A stretch of 64,000 bases of DNA from an uncultured Chloroflexia bacterium (GTDB taxonomy: Bacteria; Chloroflexota; Limnocylindria; QHBO01): the NCBI GenBank assembly GCA_963825525.1, contig CAWGTN010000002.1, positions 1,792,001 to 1,856,000 of the forward strand. The letters are read 5' to 3'. The translations under genes and the position numbers were made by a program. The first letter of the stretch is position 1, and every line of letters starts with the position of its first letter. Under the pieces are notes generated by a model, which saw nothing but the letters and a program-made list of their open reading frames with translations, did not search any database and was not told where the DNA came from. Below are positions 19,231-29,537 of this stretch, piece after piece.

Positions 19231-20216
19231 CGGCAGGCGCGGGCGTGAGACCAGCGAGCGGCCTGGCCGGCGTGCGATCGCTGTTCCGGGATCGGCCGAT
19301 CATCCCGCTCCTGGGCCTGCTTCTGATCCTGGTGGTCGCCATCGGGATCGTTCGCCCCGGCATCGTCGGGCTGCCATGGGCCGGCGTGATCCTCCGCGCG
19401 TCCGTCCCGCTCGCCATCCTGGCCGGTTGCCAGACGCTGACGATGCTGACCGGCGGCATCGACCTGTCGGTCGGTGCGGTCGCCTCGATGGCCGGATTCG
19501 TCACCGCGACGCTGGTGAACAGTCCGGGCGGCGTCCCGCTCGGCATCGCGGTCTCGCTCATCGCGGCTGCGCTGGCCGGCTCCGTCACGGGCGTCGGCGT
19601 GGGCATCTTCCGCGTCCACCCACTGATCATGACCCTGGGCATGAGCTTCGTGGTGCTCGGGCTCGCAAACGTCTGGCAGATCATCACGGTCCAGACCGGC
19701 TCGGGCGTACCTGACTCCCTCCGCTGGCTTGGGTCGAGCACGTTCCTCGACATCATCCCGTACAGCCTGCTGTTGTTCGTCCCGCTCGCCGTGCTGATCC
19801 TGGTCGGCCTGCGCCGGTCGGGCTATGGGCGGCTGCTCTTCGCGATCGGTGACAACCCGGTGGCGGCCCGCCTGTCCGGCGTCCGCTCGTGGCAGGTCAT
19901 CGTGGTCCTGTACGTCATCTCGGCGGTGCTGGCGGCGATCGCGGGGCTGCTCATCTCGGGCCTCACCAACACCGCGAGCGTCTCGCTCGCCGATTCGTAC
20001 GTCCTGCCATCGGTCGCCGCGGCCGTCATCGGTGGAACGTCGATCCTGGGAGGTCGGGGCGGATACGGCGGCACCATGGTGGGCGCGCTGATTCTCACCG
20101 TTCTCACGGCGCTGCTCACCGTCATCGGCCTGACCGAGCCGATGCGTCAGATCCTCTTCGGCTCGATCATCGTGGTCGTCGCGGCCGCGTATACGCGGGT
20201 CACGGCAGCGTCCTGA
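19227..20216 (+). CDS. Sugar ABC transporter permease (RbsC-like)
   Basis: GGIDLSVG, FAIGDNPVAARLSG, AAVIGGTSILGGRG. Confidence 0.92.
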   Translation: MTAGAGVRPASGLAGVRSLFRDRPIIPLLGLLLILVVAIGIVRPGIVGLPWAGVILRASVPLAILAGCQTLTMLTGGIDLSVGAVASMAGFVTATLVNSPGGVPLGIAVSLIAAALAGSVTGVGVGIFRVHPLIMTLGMSFVVLGLANVWQIITVQTGSGVPDSLRWLGSSTFLDIIPYSLLLFVPLAVLILVGLRRSGYGRLLFAIGDNPVAARLSGVRSWQVIVVLYVISAVLAAIAGLLISGLTNTASVSLADSYVLPSVAAAVIGGTSILGGRGGYGGTMVGALILTVLTALLTVIGLTEPMRQILFGSIIVVVAAAYTRVTAAS

Positions 20217-20223
20217 TGGGCCG

Positions 20224-21178
20224 ATGAGCGAGCCTGCCACCACTCGCCATCTCGGGCTCGACCTCGGCGGCACGAATATCAAGTGGGTGGTGGCGCAGCA
20301 GGCTGAGGACGGCTGGAGCTCTGTGGATCGCGGCGCGGTTGCCACCGAGGCAATCGGAGGGTCCGACGGCGGTCATCCGTCGCCTGACCGAGGTGGGGGC
20401 GGAGGCCATTACCAGGTATCCCGAGGTTGCCACCGTCGGGGTCGGCGTGCCGGGACTGTATGACCCCGAGGCCGGCACGATTCGCTTCCTGCCGAACCTG
20501 CCCGGCGCGTGGTCGGGCCAACCGGTGGCGCGGGCGGTGGCCGCCGAGCTGAATCGGCCAGCCCACCTGGTGAACGACGCGCGGGCTTTCGGGCTCGCGG
20601 AGCTGCGACTCGGAGCGGGGCGCGGGGTATCGGCGATGATCGGCCTCACCATCGGCACCGGAGTCGGGGGCGTGGTCGCACTCGACGGTCGCGTCTACCA
20701 GGGCCGGGACGGCACCGGCGGCGAGCTGGGGCACCAGACGATCGACCCGGACGGTCCGTGGTGCGGCTGCGGCAATCGCGGCTGCCTCGAGGCATTCACC
20801 CGGGCCGACCAGATTGCGGTCGCCTGCGGCACCCCGACCGCGGACGAGGCGGTGAGTCGTGCCCGTGCGAACGACCCCCGAGCGGTCGACGGGATCGCGC
20901 AGATCGGACGCTATCTCGGGATCGGGATCGCAAACATGGTCGCCGTCCTCACCCCGGAGCGGATCGTCATCGGCGGCGGGGTCTCCTCGGCCGCCGACCT
21001 GTTCTTCGGCCCGATCTGGTCCGAGCTGCGGCGGCGTGTCCACACAACGTCGCTCGACGGTCTCGAGATCGTCGCGGCCGAGCTTGGGACCTGGGCCGGC
21101 GCCATCGGCGCCGCGGTTCATGGCGCGGAGAGCGTCGAGCAGGCGGTGGCCGCGGTCAGTGCCCCGATGAGCAGGTGA
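20224..21178 (+). CDS. ROK family sugar kinase (apparent +1 frameshift at about 20350)
   Basis: DLGGTNIK in the first frame; GVGVPG, NDA, GTGVGG, GELGH, CGCGNRGCLE in the second. Confidence 0.88.
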
Positions 21179-21924
21179 TGACGCCGCCCTCGTTGCCCCG
21201 CTACCGGACCATCGAGCTTGCGCTCCGCGAGCGCGCCGCCACGCTCCAGCCGGGCGACCTGATGCCGTCCGACAGCGAGCTTGTCGCGGAATTCGGCGTG
21301 AGCCGCATGACCGCCCGCAACGCGATGCAGCGGCTTGCCGAGGATGGTCTCGTCCAGCGCCTCCCGGGCCGTGGCAGCTTCGTCGCCGAGCCATCGTCCC
21401 ATCGGCGCGCGGACCGGCTCATGAGCTTCAGCTCGGAGATGCTGCGCCGGGGTCGTCAGCCGAGCTCGGTCATCGTCGACCGGGAGATCCGGCCCGCGTG
21501 GCCCTCGATCGCCGGCGAGCTTGGGGTTGGCGAGGGATCGCCGGTCGTCCTCCTGCGCCGCGTCCGCTGCGCCGATGAGGAGCCGATCGCCCTCGAGACG
21601 ACCGTGCTGGTCGGATCGACCTCGCCGGCCGTGATGGCGGCGGACCTTCGCCACGAGTCGCTGCACGCGGTCCTTGCTGCCGCCGGATGGCATCTGCGGC
21701 GCGGGGCGGCTGTGGTCAGCGCTTCGGCCGCCACGAGAGAGGATTCCCGCCTGCTGACCGTAGAGAAGGGAACGCCCATCCTGGTCGAGCGACGCGTCAT
21801 CCTGGACGCGCAACGGCGGCCGGTCGAGGTCACCGAGTCCCGATATCCCGGCGATCGCTACGCCATCGACGTGCGGTTCGCCGTCGAGGCGCCCGACCGC
21901 CACGACGAACGGCCCGCCGGCTAG
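21178..21924 (+). CDS. GntR family regulator, HutC/UTRA subfamily
   Basis: MPSDSELVAEFGVSRMTARNAM..L...G....GRGSFV plus UTRA domain (LMSFS, RVR..D.EPI). Confidence 0.9.
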   Translation: MTPPSLPRYRTIELALRERAATLQPGDLMPSDSELVAEFGVSRMTARNAMQRLAEDGLVQRLPGRGSFVAEPSSHRRADRLMSFSSEMLRRGRQPSSVIVDREIRPAWPSIAGELGVGEGSPVVLLRRVRCADEEPIALETTVLVGSTSPAVMAADLRHESLHAVLAAAGWHLRRGAAVVSASAATREDSRLLTVEKGTPILVERRVILDAQRRPVEVTESRYPGDRYAIDVRFAVEAPDRHDERPAG

Positions 21925-21940
21925 GTCAGCCGGGGCACGG

Positions 21941-22729
21941 TCAGCGGGCCGGCATGGCGGCGAAGGTCCGCTCGATGTCATCCAGGATGCGAATCGTCGC
22001 CTCGGTCACGACCTCGAGGTAGCGCTCACCGAACTCGGGCGTGGAATCGCGCGCATCGCCCCAGGTGCCCGAGTGCGTGGCACGGTGGACGGAGCCGGGT
22101 GCCGAGAAGAAGAACGCGGTATGGACCGGCGCCTGGCTCGAGACATCGGGGAAGGGCGGCATCTCGGCATTCGCCCGCTCCATGTCGACCAGATTCGGGT
22201 CGATCGCCAGGACAGCCGACGTTTCGCCCCGGTTGGCGTGCAGGCCGGCGCTAGGCCCGAAGAACTCCGCCGACTCCTCGGCGGTCATCCCGTCCCAATA
22301 GTTGATCGGGAAGGTGACGGCATCGACGGGGAGTCGTTCGCGGGCCGCGGCGCAGGCGTAGGCGATGGCATAGGTGTTGTCGTAGTGCCCATTGAGGAAC
22401 ACGATCCGGCGGAAGCCGGCATCGGCGAATGAGACGCACAGGTCCTCGATGAGCGCCATGAAGGTCTGCACCCGAATGTGGACCACACCGGTGAACCCGA
22501 CGTGTGGGTAGGAGAGCGCGTAGTTGATCGGCGGCGCGACGACGGCGCCGACGCGCGGTGCGGCGCGCCGAGCCACCTCCTGCGGCACCAGGACATCGGT
22601 GAGCAGCGGGCCATGGGGTCCGTGCTGCTCGGTCGACCCGGTGGGGACGATCACGGTCTGGTGCTCGCGCAGGAACGCCTCGACCTCGGGATTGGTCATT
22701 TCGCCCAGGAACACGGTGGACGGTTTCAC
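21941..22729 (-). CDS. Creatininase / creatinine amidohydrolase family protein
   Basis: GSTEQHGPH...TD, NGH, HA..GETS; GAGGAGG RBS before GTG. Confidence 0.9.
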   Translation of the reverse strand: MKPSTVFLGEMTNPEVEAFLREHQTVIVPTGSTEQHGPHGPLLTDVLVPQEVARRAAPRVGAVVAPPINYALSYPHVGFTGVVHIRVQTFMALIEDLCVSFADAGFRRIVFLNGHYDNTYAIAYACAAARERLPVDAVTFPINYWDGMTAEESAEFFGPSAGLHANRGETSAVLAIDPNLVDMERANAEMPPFPDVSSQAPVHTAFFFSAPGSVHRATHSGTWGDARDSTPEFGERYLEVVTEATIRILDDIERTFAAMPAR

Positions 22730-22755
22730 GCGATGCCTCCTCAAAGACGGGTTGG

Positions 22756-23604
22756 TCAGCCGATGTGGGTCGTGAGCTCGCCGATCCCCTGGATCCAGGC
22801 CGTCACCTCATCGCCACCACGCAGCCGGCGGCCCGGTCCCGGCGGGGTCGACAGACGCGACGGGGTGCCGGTGGCGATCAGGTCGCCCGGCTCGAGACGG
22901 ACGTGCCGCGAGAGGTAGGCGAGGATTTCCGGAATCCGGGTCCGCATCAGCGAGGTGCGAGCGTCCTGGATCGTCTCGCCGCTGATCCTGCAGCCGAGCG
23001 CCAGGTCGTCGGGGTCGAGGGAGTCGGCGGTCACGACCCACGGACCGACCGGGCAGAAGCCGGGCAACGACTTGCCGATCAACCACTGGTCGCCGTCGAG
23101 CCACGGGTCGCGGGCCGAGACGTCGTTGATGATGGTGTAGCCGAAGACGTGCTGCATGGCTCGCTCGGGCGCGACGTTGAAGGCCGGTGCGCCGACGACC
23201 ACCCCGAGCTCGACTTCCGCGTCCACGTCGTCGCTCACCGATCGGTCCCACGTGAGCGTCGTATCGTGCGCACCAACTGAGTTCGCTGCCTTGCCGTACA
23301 CGAGCGGCCGCTCCGGGGCCTCCTCGGCCGCCGGGTCGGCAGAGCGGTAGTTGTGCCCGATGGTGTAGATCGCGCCCGGATCGGTGACCGCCGGCCCGAT
23401 GACGACGTCCTCGAGCCCGGCCCAGCCGCTCGGTGGCTGGGCGTCGGCCCACGAGGCAACCCGTGCCAGGAGCTCGGGACCGCCCGCCGCGACCGATCGC
23501 ATCGAGGCGAAGGCCGGTTCGGCGGGGTCGAGACTCAGGCAGCGATCGTCGCGGACGACGGCAACCCGTGGCGCTGCACCGTCGACGATCGTGGCGAGTC
23601 GCAT
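22756..23604 (-). CDS. Fumarylacetoacetate hydrolase family protein
   Basis: IGHNY, DAEVELGVV, GYTIINDVSARD, GKS..FCPVGP, GDLIATGTP. Confidence 0.9.
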   Translation of the reverse strand: MRLATIVDGAAPRVAVVRDDRCLSLDPAEPAFASMRSVAAGGPELLARVASWADAQPPSGWAGLEDVVIGPAVTDPGAIYTIGHNYRSADPAAEEAPERPLVYGKAANSVGAHDTTLTWDRSVSDDVDAEVELGVVVGAPAFNVAPERAMQHVFGYTIINDVSARDPWLDGDQWLIGKSLPGFCPVGPWVVTADSLDPDDLALGCRISGETIQDARTSLMRTRIPEILAYLSRHVRLEPGDLIATGTPSRLSTPPGPGRRLRGGDEVTAWIQGIGELTTHIG

Positions 23605-23607
23605 GGG

Positions 23608-24465
23608 TCAGGCGCTCGCCGAGGGGTCGGCCAGGAGCGGGGCGACCGCTCGGCGCATGACCTCCGCCATGCCAGCCACTCCCGTCCAGCGCTCGAAGGC
23701 GATGGACGCCTGGGCGATGAGCATCTCCGAACCATTGGCTGCCCGCAGCCCTCGTCGCCGCGCGGCCGCGAGCAGCGGCGTCTCAGCCGGGACGTAGACG
23801 AGGTCAAAGACCGTGGCCCCATCGGGAAGAAGCTCGACCGGGATGGTGACGCCCGGGTCGACCATGCCGACCGTGGTCGCGTTGACCGCCAGATCGGCGC
23901 CGCGCAGCCCATCGCGGAACCGCAGCCCGCCGATCGCCCCGCCGCTCACAATCCCGCGGCCGGTCGAGGCCATTCGAGTCGCAAGCGCCTCCGCCGCATC
24001 GGCCGTCCGGTTCCCGATCGTCACCTGTGCGGCACCGGCCGCGAGGCATGCGTGCACCACCGCGTGAGCCGCGCCTCCCGCCCCGGCCACCGCGACCGAC
24101 GCCCCGGCCAGAGGACGGCCCATGGCAAGCTCCACGCCGGCACGGAAGCCCGGTGCGTCGGTGTTGATGCCGATCAGCCGCGCGTCGTCTGTCCGTACCA
24201 CGTTGTTGACCGCACCGATTGCCAGGGCATCAGGCTCGACCTCGTCGCACAGGCTCGCGACGGTTCGTTTGTAGGGCGCCGTCACGCCGAGCCCCAGCCA
24301 GCCGTCGCCGCGGGCGGCGCTGACTGCCGCACCCACGCCGTCCGCCTCGAGCTCCAGGAGCTCGTAGCGAGCGTCGATCCCGGCCGCGTCGAAGGCCGCG
24401 TTGTGCATGACCACCGAGTGCCTCCGGCGAAGCGGATGTCCCAGGAGCGCGACGCGCCGGGTCAT
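23608..24465 (-). CDS. Shikimate/quinate dehydrogenase family protein (AroE-like)
   Basis: MHNAAF, VTAPYK, GAVNN, NTD..GF, GAGGAA, NAT.VGM, DLVY.P.ET, ML..QA. Confidence 0.88.
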   Translation of the reverse strand: MTRRVALLGHPLRRRHSVVMHNAAFDAAGIDARYELLELEADGVGAAVSAARGDGWLGLGVTAPYKRTVASLCDEVEPDALAIGAVNNVVRTDDARLIGINTDAPGFRAGVELAMGRPLAGASVAVAGAGGAAHAVVHACLAAGAAQVTIGNRTADAAEALATRMASTGRGIVSGGAIGGLRFRDGLRGADLAVNATTVGMVDPGVTIPVELLPDGATVFDLVYVPAETPLLAAARRRGLRAANGSEMLIAQASIAFERWTGVAGMAEVMRRAVAPLLADPSASA

Positions 24466-25508
24466 CGGCCCCAGCGCGCCGGAGGCCGGCGCACCGGTCC
24501 GGCCGTGTCGGGGAACGTGACGTTCGGGATGATCTCGTCCACCCATTGCTGGAGCTGAGCCGGATCCGGCGTCATGGTGTGCAGGAAGAAGTACTCGACG
24601 CCGGCGTCGACTCGTGCCTGGAGCGAGGCGATGACCTCATCCGGCGTCCCGAACAGGTAGACCGACTCGAGGTACTCCGGTCCGCGCTCGTTGCTCATGA
24701 CCTTGAGGAAGGCCCGATGCTGCTCTTCGCGCGCCTTGGCAGGATCGTTCGTCATGACGAGGTGGAGGAAGTTCTCGTGCGCGACGAGCGTGTCGGCCGG
24801 GTCACGTTCGGCGTCACGGATGGCGACCTGGAGCTCGTCCCAGTCCCGAGCGATGTCCTGCGGTGGGCACGTTGGACGGGGGATCCAGCCATCGGCCCTT
24901 ACCGTCCGCCGCTTCACCGACTCGACGAAGCGCGGGACGTCCGGCGATTTCGGGTCGGCCAGCTGCGAGCCGCCGCCGATCCATAGGAGCGGGCGCTGGG
25001 ACGTGCGGGGTTCGATGAACATGTCGTCGACGGAGTAGAAGTCACCGTGATAGGTGACCGTCTCGCCCTCGAGCATGGGCATCATGATGTCGAGCATCTC
25101 GTCGGTACGCTTGCCGCGCTCCGACTTCTTCACGCCGACCGCGTCGTACTCCGCCTCGTTCCACCCCACCCCGGCACCCAGGATGACGCGGTTGTCGGAG
25201 AGGAACTGGAGGGTCGCCAGCTCCTTCGCCAGGACGACCGGGTTGCGCAGCGGCATGATGAGGATCGAGGTCCCGAGCCGGACACGCTCGGTCGCACCGG
25301 CGGCGACGGCCAATGTCGTCAGGGGCTCGAGCCAGTTCACGGAGTAGAAGCGTCGTGCGGCGAGCAGGTGGTCGGTGATGAAGAGGCTGTCGAAGCCCAG
25401 ATCCTCGACCTGCCGGGCGAAGGCCTTGATGCCGTGAGCCCGCTCCGGGCCATCGCCCTCCCAGATGTACGACGGCAGGAAAACCCCGAACCGCCCGACG
25501 TCAGCCAT
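24462..25508 (-). CDS. LLM-class (luciferase-like) flavin- or F420-dependent oxidoreductase
   Basis: GFDSLFITDH, LGTSIL..PLRNP..LAK, GAGVGW...EY, WIGG. Confidence 0.9.
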   Translation of the reverse strand: MADVGRFGVFLPSYIWEGDGPERAHGIKAFARQVEDLGFDSLFITDHLLAARRFYSVNWLEPLTTLAVAAGATERVRLGTSILIMPLRNPVVLAKELATLQFLSDNRVILGAGVGWNEAEYDAVGVKKSERGKRTDEMLDIMMPMLEGETVTYHGDFYSVDDMFIEPRTSQRPLLWIGGGSQLADPKSPDVPRFVESVKRRTVRADGWIPRPTCPPQDIARDWDELQVAIRDAERDPADTLVAHENFLHLVMTNDPAKAREEQHRAFLKVMSNERGPEYLESVYLFGTPDEVIASLQARVDAGVEYFFLHTMTPDPAQLQQWVDEIIPNVTFPDTAGPVRRPPARWGR

Positions 25509-25535
25509 GAATGTGCAACCCTCCAATTGGGCGAC

Positions 25536-26315
25536 CTAGCGGCCGCGATACTTCGGTTCTCGCTTGTCGAAGAAGGAGCTGGCTCCCTCGAGCATGTCCT
25601 CGCTGGCGAAGACCCGGTCCGAGGCATCCAGCTCGGCTCCCAGTCCGGTCGCGAGGTCCACGTCACCCGCCAGCGCGATGAGGCGTTTCGCCTCGCGCAC
25701 CGCGACCGGACCGCGCGTCGCGATTTCCTCCCCGATCGCGGTCGCGGCGCCCAGTGCCTCGCCCGCCGGCACCACGCGATTCACGAGGCCGATCCGCTCC
25801 GCCTCGTGAGCGTCGAGGATCCGTCCCGTCAGGATCAGCTCCCGGGCCCGAGCCTCACCGACGACGCGCGGCAGGCGCTGCGTTCCCCCTGCGCCCGGCG
25901 TCACGGCCAGGCGCACCTCCGGCAGGCCCAGCTTGGCGTGCTCGGATGCGACCCGCAGGTCACAGCACAGGGCGAGCTCCAGCCCGCCGCCCAGGGCATT
26001 CCCCTCGATGGCGGCGATCGTCGGCATGGGCAGGCGCGCGAGCCGGGAGGCGACGCCCGACTCGAGCTCGTGTCGCTCGCGTCCGGCCGTACCACGCTGG
26101 TTTTCGAAGTCGCCAACATGGGAGCCGGCCGAGAAGGCTCGCTCACCGGCGCCCGTCACCACCACCACCCGGACCTCGCCGGGATCGGCGGCCTCGAGCG
26201 TGGCCAGGGCGGCATCGAGCTGCGTGAGGAGCTCGCGAGTGACGAGATTGAGCGGCGGATTGTCCAGCGTCAGCCTTGCGACCGGCGCCAGATCCAGGTG
26301 AATGAGCTCGCTCAT
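25536..26315 (-). CDS. Enoyl-CoA hydratase/isomerase family protein
   Basis: FSAG, ALGGGLELAL.CD.R, LPEV.L...PGAGGTQRL. Confidence 0.92.
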   Translation of the reverse strand: MSELIHLDLAPVARLTLDNPPLNLVTRELLTQLDAALATLEAADPGEVRVVVVTGAGERAFSAGSHVGDFENQRGTAGRERHELESGVASRLARLPMPTIAAIEGNALGGGLELALCCDLRVASEHAKLGLPEVRLAVTPGAGGTQRLPRVVGEARARELILTGRILDAHEAERIGLVNRVVPAGEALGAATAIGEEIATRGPVAVREAKRLIALAGDVDLATGLGAELDASDRVFASEDMLEGASSFFDKREPKYRGR

Positions 26316-27871
26316 CCGTCCGCGCCGAAATCGGCCGCCAGGCCCATCGGCCCCTCGGCATACAGGCGACGGTCCATGGTCGCCAGGTCGTCGGCGACAC
26401 GTGGGCGGAAGGCCATCTGGCCGAGCACGTCGCGTTCGAGGTCGATGCCCGGTGCGATCTCGATCAGGACCAGGCCGTCATCGGCCAGGGCAAAGACGGC
26501 CCGATCGGTGATGTAGCGCACCTCCTGCCCGCGCTCGCGCGCCAGGCGACCGCTGAACGAGATCTCGCGAACTTCCGGCACGAACTTCGGCAGCTTGCCC
26601 TCGGTCGTGATCCGCACTCCGTCGGCGATCTCCAGCTCGAGGCCCTGTGCGGTGAGGGTGCCGACGAAGTTGATGCGCGGCGTGCGCGCGCTGATGTTCG
26701 GGAAGCCGCCCGGGCCGCGCACGCGACCTTCGAACGCGTGGACGTTGACGTTGCCCTCCGCGTCGACCTCCGCGAACGAGAGGCTGGCAATGTCGAGGCC
26801 TCCGCCGTCATAGAAGTCGAACATGTACGGCTGGTCGATCATGGCCTGGTAGTTGAAGCCGGCCCCGCCCTCGTTGCCGGCGATGGGGACGCCGCCGAAC
26901 ATGCCCTGCTCGACGGTCAGCACCAGCTGGTCGGTGATGCCCTCTTCCCACGCCACCCGGCCGATGAGCTGGCTGATCCCGAAGCCCAGGTTGCAGATCG
27001 CCCCGCGCGGAAACTCGAGCAGGGATCGTCGAGCGATGATCTTCCGCACGTCGAGCGGCAGCGGCGGCTCATCGGTCACCGGTCGGCGCATTGCCCCCGC
27101 GTAGTAGGGCGAGTCGCGCGTGATGTACGTCTGCCACTGGTCAGGGTCGACATAGACGTGGTCCACCAGCGCCCCGGGAACCTTGACGCCGCGCATCGGC
27201 AGGCTCCCGCGCCGCGCGAGCTGGCGAACCTGCGCGATGACGATGCCACCGCTGTTGCGCGCGGCCATGGCCATCGACAGCATCTCGCCCTGGACCGCCT
27301 CGCCCTCCATGGTCAGGTTGCCGTCCTCGTCTGCCGTCGTGCCGCGGATGACCGCGACGTCGATCGGGAAGGCGTGGAAGAGGAGCCATTCCCGGCCGCG
27401 CAGGGTGACCACCTCGACCAGATCTTCGGTCGTCCGGGAGTTCTGCTTGCCACCGGTCTGGCGTGGGTCGACGTAGGTGCCCAGGCCGACTTGGGTGACG
27501 AGGCCGGGCCGCCCGGCCGCGATCTCGCGTGTCAGCTGGCTCAGGACGCCCTGCGGGAACGAGTACGCCTCCAGCTCGTTGGCCTCCACCAGGGCGCCAA
27601 GGCGTGGCTCGTTGCCGATGTTGCTGCCGATCGTCCGTCGCATCAGCCCCGGCAGGCCCAACTGGCTGAAGCCCCGCTCGGCGAAGTCGCCGATGCCGAC
27701 CACGCGCACGGTGGTCAGGTCGCGGGGCCGTCCCTCCGTCTCGAAGACGGTCGCGAGCTCGTCGATGAAGCGCTGCGGGAGGGCATGTCCCGCGCCGGAT
27801 CCGCCGATGAGCACCGTGCTCCCATCGCGGACGAGGCCCACTGCGTCTCTGACGCCGATCACCTTGCTCAT
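26312..27871 (-). CDS. Acyl-CoA:carboxylate CoA-transferase, fused alpha/beta (YdiF/Pct-like)
   Basis: PQG, GLGTYVDPR, RGTTADEDGN, NLGFG, catalytic TVEQG, YDGGGLD, GPGGF.NI. Confidence 0.9.
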   Translation of the reverse strand: MSKVIGVRDAVGLVRDGSTVLIGGSGAGHALPQRFIDELATVFETEGRPRDLTTVRVVGIGDFAERGFSQLGLPGLMRRTIGSNIGNEPRLGALVEANELEAYSFPQGVLSQLTREIAAGRPGLVTQVGLGTYVDPRQTGGKQNSRTTEDLVEVVTLRGREWLLFHAFPIDVAVIRGTTADEDGNLTMEGEAVQGEMLSMAMAARNSGGIVIAQVRQLARRGSLPMRGVKVPGALVDHVYVDPDQWQTYITRDSPYYAGAMRRPVTDEPPLPLDVRKIIARRSLLEFPRGAICNLGFGISQLIGRVAWEEGITDQLVLTVEQGMFGGVPIAGNEGGAGFNYQAMIDQPYMFDFYDGGGLDIASLSFAEVDAEGNVNVHAFEGRVRGPGGFPNISARTPRINFVGTLTAQGLELEIADGVRITTEGKLPKFVPEVREISFSGRLARERGQEVRYITDRAVFALADDGLVLIEIAPGIDLERDVLGQMAFRPRVADDLATMDRRLYAEGPMGLAADFGADG

Positions 27872-28623
27872 GGCATGTGTGCTCCGCCGTTCGGATTGAG
27901 GGTCTGGCCGACGAACAGGCTCGCCGCATCGGTCAGGAGGAAGATGACGGCCTCGGCGACCTCGTTCGGCGTGCCGAATCGACCGAGCGGGATGTCGCGC
28001 AGGCGCTGGCGGCCGGCCTCCGACTCGGCGAGATCGGCGGTCATCTCGGTGACGATGAAGCCGGGCGCGACGGCGTTGACGCGAATGCCGTGCGGGCCGA
28101 ACTCGCGCGCCAGCGACCGGGTCAGCCCGATCAGCCCTGCTTTGGCCGCGCTGTACGCCGCGGTCTGAGGCACGCCGGCCTGTCCGAGGCGCGAGGCGAT
28201 GTTCACGATGGCGCCGGTTCCTCGTTCCAGCATCCCGGGAATCGCGGCCCGGCAGGTGTGGAAGGCGGCGCTGAGGTCGGTTCGGATGACCTGATCCCAC
28301 TCCGCCGGATCGATCTCGAGGAACGGTCCAACCTGCGTCAGCCCCGCGTTGTTGACGAGGGCGTCGAGCTGTCCGAAGTGGTCGATCACCTCGGCCACGA
28401 GGGCCTCCGCCCGTGCTCCATCGGCCAGGTCGGCGGTGAAGCCGGTTGCCTCGCCTCCGGCCTCCCGGATCCGGGCGAGCGTTCGTTCGGCGGCATCCCC
28501 ACCGTGCAGCGAGTGGACCGCAACCCGGGCGCCGTTCGCGGCTGCCATGACCGCGATCTCGGCACCGATGCCCCGGCTGCTGCCGGTGACCAGCACCACG
28601 CGGCCCGCGAGCCGATCCGTCAT
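27868..28623 (-). CDS. Short-chain dehydrogenase/reductase (FabG-like)
   Basis: TGSSRGIG, NNAG, YSAAK, NAVAPG. Confidence 0.92.
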   Translation of the reverse strand: MTDRLAGRVVLVTGSSRGIGAEIAVMAAANGARVAVHSLHGGDAAERTLARIREAGGEATGFTADLADGARAEALVAEVIDHFGQLDALVNNAGLTQVGPFLEIDPAEWDQVIRTDLSAAFHTCRAAIPGMLERGTGAIVNIASRLGQAGVPQTAAYSAAKAGLIGLTRSLAREFGPHGIRVNAVAPGFIVTEMTADLAESEAGRQRLRDIPLGRFGTPNEVAEAVIFLLTDAASLFVGQTLNPNGGAHMP

Positions 28624-29537
28624 CGGGTCAATCCCGCGGCGGCCAGTGCGTCGCGGACCGCAGTCACGGCGTCGTTTCCGACGGGAAGGAGCGGCGGCCG
28701 CATGACGGTGCTCTCGATCACGCCGAGCTCACGCAACGCGACCTTGGTCCGCGCGCGATAGTCGCGGACCGGCGGCCCGTAGACCGCCTCCTCGAGCGGC
28801 AGGATCCGCTCCCAGATTGCGCGCGCGTCGGCCCAGCGGTCCTCGCGGGTGAGCCGCACCATCTCCACCTGGAGGTCGGTGGCCAGCGTGCCGAAGCCGA
28901 TGAGCGCGCCCTCCGCCCCCATCACGAACGACTCGTAGATGAAGTTGTCGTCGCCGGTGAGGAGGTCGATCGGCCGTTCGAGGCGTTCGATCATGCGACG
29001 GGTGGCGAGGTAGAGGCGCGCGTCGAACGAGGCCTCCTTGAGCGCGACCACGCTGTCGATGGCGGCGATGCGTCGCAGGATCTCCTCCGAGAAGATGACG
29101 CCGCCCAGTGCGGGCTGGAGCTGGAACGCGATGAGGGGCAGGCCGCAGCCCCGTGCGATCGCCTCGTGGTATGCGACCGGGACGGCCGGATCGAGCGGGG
29201 TGCCCTGGTAGACAGGGATGGGGAACACCAGCAGGCCGGCAGCCCCGGCCTGCTCGGCGCGCTTCGCCTCTTCGACCGCCTGCGCGGTGTACTGGGCGGA
29301 GAGCCCGGCCACGATCGGGATGTCACCGGCGACGTCGACCGCCACCCGGAGGACCTGCTGACGCTCGTCCGGGGAGAGATGCGGACCCTCGCCCGTATCG
29401 GCATTGATCGCCAGCGCCACCGGCCCCTGGGGAAGCAGCCACTCCAGGTAGCGTCGATATGCGGACTCGTCGAATCGCCCGTCGGCGTCGAAGGTGACGA
29501 TGCACGCGGGCACGATCCCGCGCAGGTTGAGACTCAT
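28620..29537 (-). CDS. Dihydrodipicolinate synthase / N-acetylneuraminate lyase family aldolase
   Basis: ADTGE..LS..ER, Schiff-base LKEAS, LTGDD, RPPL; canonical GTTGE and Tyr are altered, so probably not DapA. Confidence 0.85.
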   Translation of the reverse strand: MSLNLRGIVPACIVTFDADGRFDESAYRRYLEWLLPQGPVALAINADTGEGPHLSPDERQQVLRVAVDVAGDIPIVAGLSAQYTAQAVEEAKRAEQAGAAGLLVFPIPVYQGTPLDPAVPVAYHEAIARGCGLPLIAFQLQPALGGVIFSEEILRRIAAIDSVVALKEASFDARLYLATRRMIERLERPIDLLTGDDNFIYESFVMGAEGALIGFGTLATDLQVEMVRLTREDRWADARAIWERILPLEEAVYGPPVRDYRARTKVALRELGVIESTVMRPPLLPVGNDAVTAVRDALAAAGLTR

